DNA of 64,000 nt from an uncultured delta proteobacterium (GTDB lineage: Bacteria; Myxococcota; Myxococcia; Myxococcales; Myxococcaceae), in assembly GCA_963771175.1 (NCBI GenBank), contig CAVYSY010000024.1, positions 64,001 through 128,000 on the forward strand. The letters are read 5' to 3'. Below are positions 61,608 to 64,000 of the stretch, piece after piece. The stretch's first letter is position 1. Each line of letters begins with the position of its first letter. The notes below the pieces were generated by a model, which worked only from the letters and a program-made list of their open reading frames with translations, made no database searches and was not told the DNA's origin. Made by a program: the position numbers and the translations under genes.

Positions 61608-63972
61608 GCCAGTAGCGCTGACGCTGGAAGGGATAGGTGGGCAGGGTGACCCGACGCCGCGCATACGGGGCGTCGTAGGCCGCCCAGTTCACCTCCACGC
61701 CCCTCACGTACAGCCCGCCCAGCGTCTCCAGGATACGAGGCCACTCCGCACGAAGCTCCAGGCACACGTCCACGCCGTGGGCCTTCAGCACCTTCTCCGC
61801 CTCTTCCCACTGCGCCGCCTGCTGCCCTCGCGCCCTGCGCCAGTACTCCTCCTGGCTCGCCTCCGCTCCGGGCGCCGTCCCACTCTCCGCGCTCACCAGC
61901 AGCACCTTCGGCACCGCGTACGGCCCCTGCTTCCCCGGCTTGCCCACCGCCAGTCTCAGCCCCTCCTCCAGGCTGAACACTCCCGCCTCCACTCCCGCCA
62001 CGTACTCCCCTACTCCCTGCCCCACCACCGCCCTCGGCTCCACTCCCCACTCCCTCCACATTCGCGCCTGCGCCCACTCCAGCGCGAACACCGCCGCCTT
62101 CCCGTATCCCTCCTCCTTCAGCAGCGCTGACTCCTCCCCGTACAGCACCTGCTCCAGCCGCTTCTCCAGCACTCCCTTCAGCCCCTGCGCACACCTCTCC
62201 ACTGCCTCCCTGAACGCAGGCTGCGTCTCGTACAACTCCCTCCCCATTCCCGCGTACCGCTCTCCCTCTCCTCCGAATACGAAGGCCACCTTCGGCGCCG
62301 TGGCCCCCGTCCTCCCCGCCACCACTCCCTCCACCTCTCGTCCGCTCGCCGCCGCTTCCAGCCTCTCTCGCACCTGCTGCGCGCTGCCGCCCACCACCGC
62401 CAGTCGGTGCTCGAAGTGCGCCCTTCCCGTCGCCGCCGTGAAGCACACGTCTCCCACCTCCGCTCCGCCCTCCGCCAGCGCCCGCGCGTAACGGCCCGCC
62501 TGCACTCGCAGGGCCTCCGCGCCGCGCCCCGATACCACCAGCACGTGCTCCGGCCTCTCCACCTCCCGCGTCCGCACGGGCATCGACGGCGCCTCCTCCA
62601 ACACCACGTGTGCCAACGTGCCGGTCCTCCCGTACGAGGTCACTCCCGCGATGCGCCGGCCCTGCGTCGGCTCCCACGGCGTCAGTTCCACCGGCACCTT
62701 CACCCCCATCCCCTTCCAGTCGATGTTCGGATTGGGTTGCTTCAGATGCAGGTGCGCCGGCAACTGCTTGTGCTGCATCGCCAGCACCACCTTCATCATT
62801 CCCACCACGCCCGAGGCCGCCTCCGGGTAGCCGAGGTTCGTCTTCACCGAGCCCATCCACAGCGACTCCCCGCCCTTCCTCCCCTCCTTCAGCACCGACC
62901 ACATCGCCTCCGCCTCGATGGGGTCTCCCAGCGCCGTCCCCGTGCCGTGCGCCTCCAGGTAGCTCACCTCGGCCGGTGACACTCCCGCGCCCTGCAATGC
63001 CTGTCGGATGACGGATTGCTGTGCCACCCCATTCGGCACCGTGAACGAGCTGCTCGGGCCGTCATGCCCCACCGCCGAGCCTCGAATGACCGCCAGGATG
63101 TTGTCTCCCTGCGCCTGGGCCTCCGACAGCCGCTTGAGCACCAGCACGCCACAGCCCTCGGCTCGCCCGAACCCATCCGCCGAGGCATCGAAGGTCTTGC
63201 AGCGTCCGTCCGCCGAGAGCGCCCCGCTGCAGGAAAGATAGACACTCACCTCCGGCGAGAGGATGAGGTTCACCCCCGCCGCCAGCGCCACCGCGCACTC
63301 GCCGTTCCGCAAGCTCTGGCAGGCCAGGTGCAGCGCCACCAGCGACGACGAGCACGCCGTGTCCACCACCAGGCTCGGCCCCTGAAAGCCAAACAGATAC
63401 GACAGCCGCCCCGAGATGGCGCAGTTCGCTCGCGCGCCAATGAAATACGGGTCGATGCCCTCCAGGCCCCCCGCCTCCAGCGCGAGCTGCCCGTAATCGT
63501 TGTTCATCGCCCCCACGAAGACGCCCACCCGCTCGCGCCGGCCTCGCTCCACCGCGTGTCCGGCCCGCTCCAGGGCCTCCCAGGCCACCTCCAATACCAG
63601 CCGCTGCTGCGGATCCATGCTCTCCGCCTCGCGCTGCGAGAGGCCGAAGAACCGTGCGTCGAACCGGTCCACGTCCTTCAGGAAGCCGCCCCGCCGAGTC
63701 CGCATCCTCCCCTTCGCCTGGGGATCCGGATCGTAGAAGGCCTCCGCGTCCCAGCGCTCCGGGGGAACCTCGCTGGTGGCATCCACTCCCTTCACCAGCA
63801 GGTCCCAGAGGGCCTCCGGGCTCTCCACTCCTCCGGGTAGCCGGCAGGCCATCCCGATGAGCGCGATCGGCTCGCGACGGGCGGCCTCGGCCTGCTCCAC
63901 CCGCGCCTCCAGCTTGCGGATCTTCACCAACTGCTGCTGCAGCAGTTGGCGATAGTTGATTTCCTCGGACAT
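61570..63972 (-). CDS. Type I PKS protein: docking helix, KS and degenerate AT, no ACP; last gene of a cluster extending beyond the window
   Basis: EPIALIGMACRLPGG, MDPQQR, DTACSSSL, EAHGTGT, KTNLGYPEAASG; AT-like GQGVGEY; ends LPTYPFQRQRYW. Confidence 0.9.
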   Translation of the reverse strand: MSEEINYRQLLQQQLVKIRKLEARVEQAEAARREPIALIGMACRLPGGVESPEALWDLLVKGVDATSEVPPERWDAEAFYDPDPQAKGRMRTRRGGFLKDVDRFDARFFGLSQREAESMDPQQRLVLEVAWEALERAGHAVERGRRERVGVFVGAMNNDYGQLALEAGGLEGIDPYFIGARANCAISGRLSYLFGFQGPSLVVDTACSSSLVALHLACQSLRNGECAVALAAGVNLILSPEVSVYLSCSGALSADGRCKTFDASADGFGRAEGCGVLVLKRLSEAQAQGDNILAVIRGSAVGHDGPSSSFTVPNGVAQQSVIRQALQGAGVSPAEVSYLEAHGTGTALGDPIEAEAMWSVLKEGRKGGESLWMGSVKTNLGYPEAASGVVGMMKVVLAMQHKQLPAHLHLKQPNPNIDWKGMGVKVPVELTPWEPTQGRRIAGVTSYGRTGTLAHVVLEEAPSMPVRTREVERPEHVLVVSGRGAEALRVQAGRYARALAEGGAEVGDVCFTAATGRAHFEHRLAVVGGSAQQVRERLEAAASGREVEGVVAGRTGATAPKVAFVFGGEGERYAGMGRELYETQPAFREAVERCAQGLKGVLEKRLEQVLYGEESALLKEEGYGKAAVFALEWAQARMWREWGVEPRAVVGQGVGEYVAGVEAGVFSLEEGLRLAVGKPGKQGPYAVPKVLLVSAESGTAPGAEASQEEYWRRARGQQAAQWEEAEKVLKAHGVDVCLELRAEWPRILETLGGLYVRGVEVNWAAYDAPYARRRVTLPTYPFQRQRYWLTPARESRPAAR

Positions 63973-64000
63973 CTCCGACCTCACGAATCCTTGGCGAGAT

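Noticed and set aside
61900..62480. Strong C/T versus G/A strand skew
   Set aside because: Explained by Gly/Glu/Val/Arg-rich coding with G/A-ending codons in the PKS AT region; no separate element evident

Overview
High-GC myxobacterial chromosome segment; gene content and order resemble Cystobacterineae such as Archangium/Cystobacter (inference). 1-35 kb is largely conserved core: tsaP-like LysM gene, cpoB-like TPR lipoprotein, pgeF, a heme-c/HAMP/GAF/GGDEF cyclase, a DegP-type protease, a DUF4912-GH57-TPR cluster with a divergent GT4, aglZ, a MoxR ATPase, glnE, patatin, ilvE, an AAA ATPase, a non-canonical Fic protein, a deletion-riddled nfo remnant, DHH, an IscS-like desulfurase, a Ser/Thr kinase, and 6S RNA-ygfA-ymdB-tyrS. 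35-64 kb is more accessory: M13 peptidase, GSDH-PKD-PA14 protein, secreted SH3-EndoU nuclease next to SRAP, rlmE, three paralogous sensor kinases plus a response regulator, a Sel1-like lipoprotein, an orphan IS21-like end, an ECF sigma, an RclC-like protein, acyl-CoA dehydrogenase, a three-gene secreted PHP-metallohydrolase/beta-barrel unit, and the last gene of a type I PKS cluster with degenerate KS and AT motifs. Many conserved genes, including essential tyrS, carry single-base frameshifts, which points to sequencing or consensus indel errors, so frameshifts alone are not read as pseudogenes. No rRNA, tRNA, CRISPR array or intact transposase was seen. No single clearly novel system is proven; the best candidates are the degenerate terminal KS-AT, the secreted PHP/beta-barrel unit, the SH3-EndoU/SRAP pair and the sensor-kinase expansion. 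All family calls come from reading motifs by eye, not from database searches.
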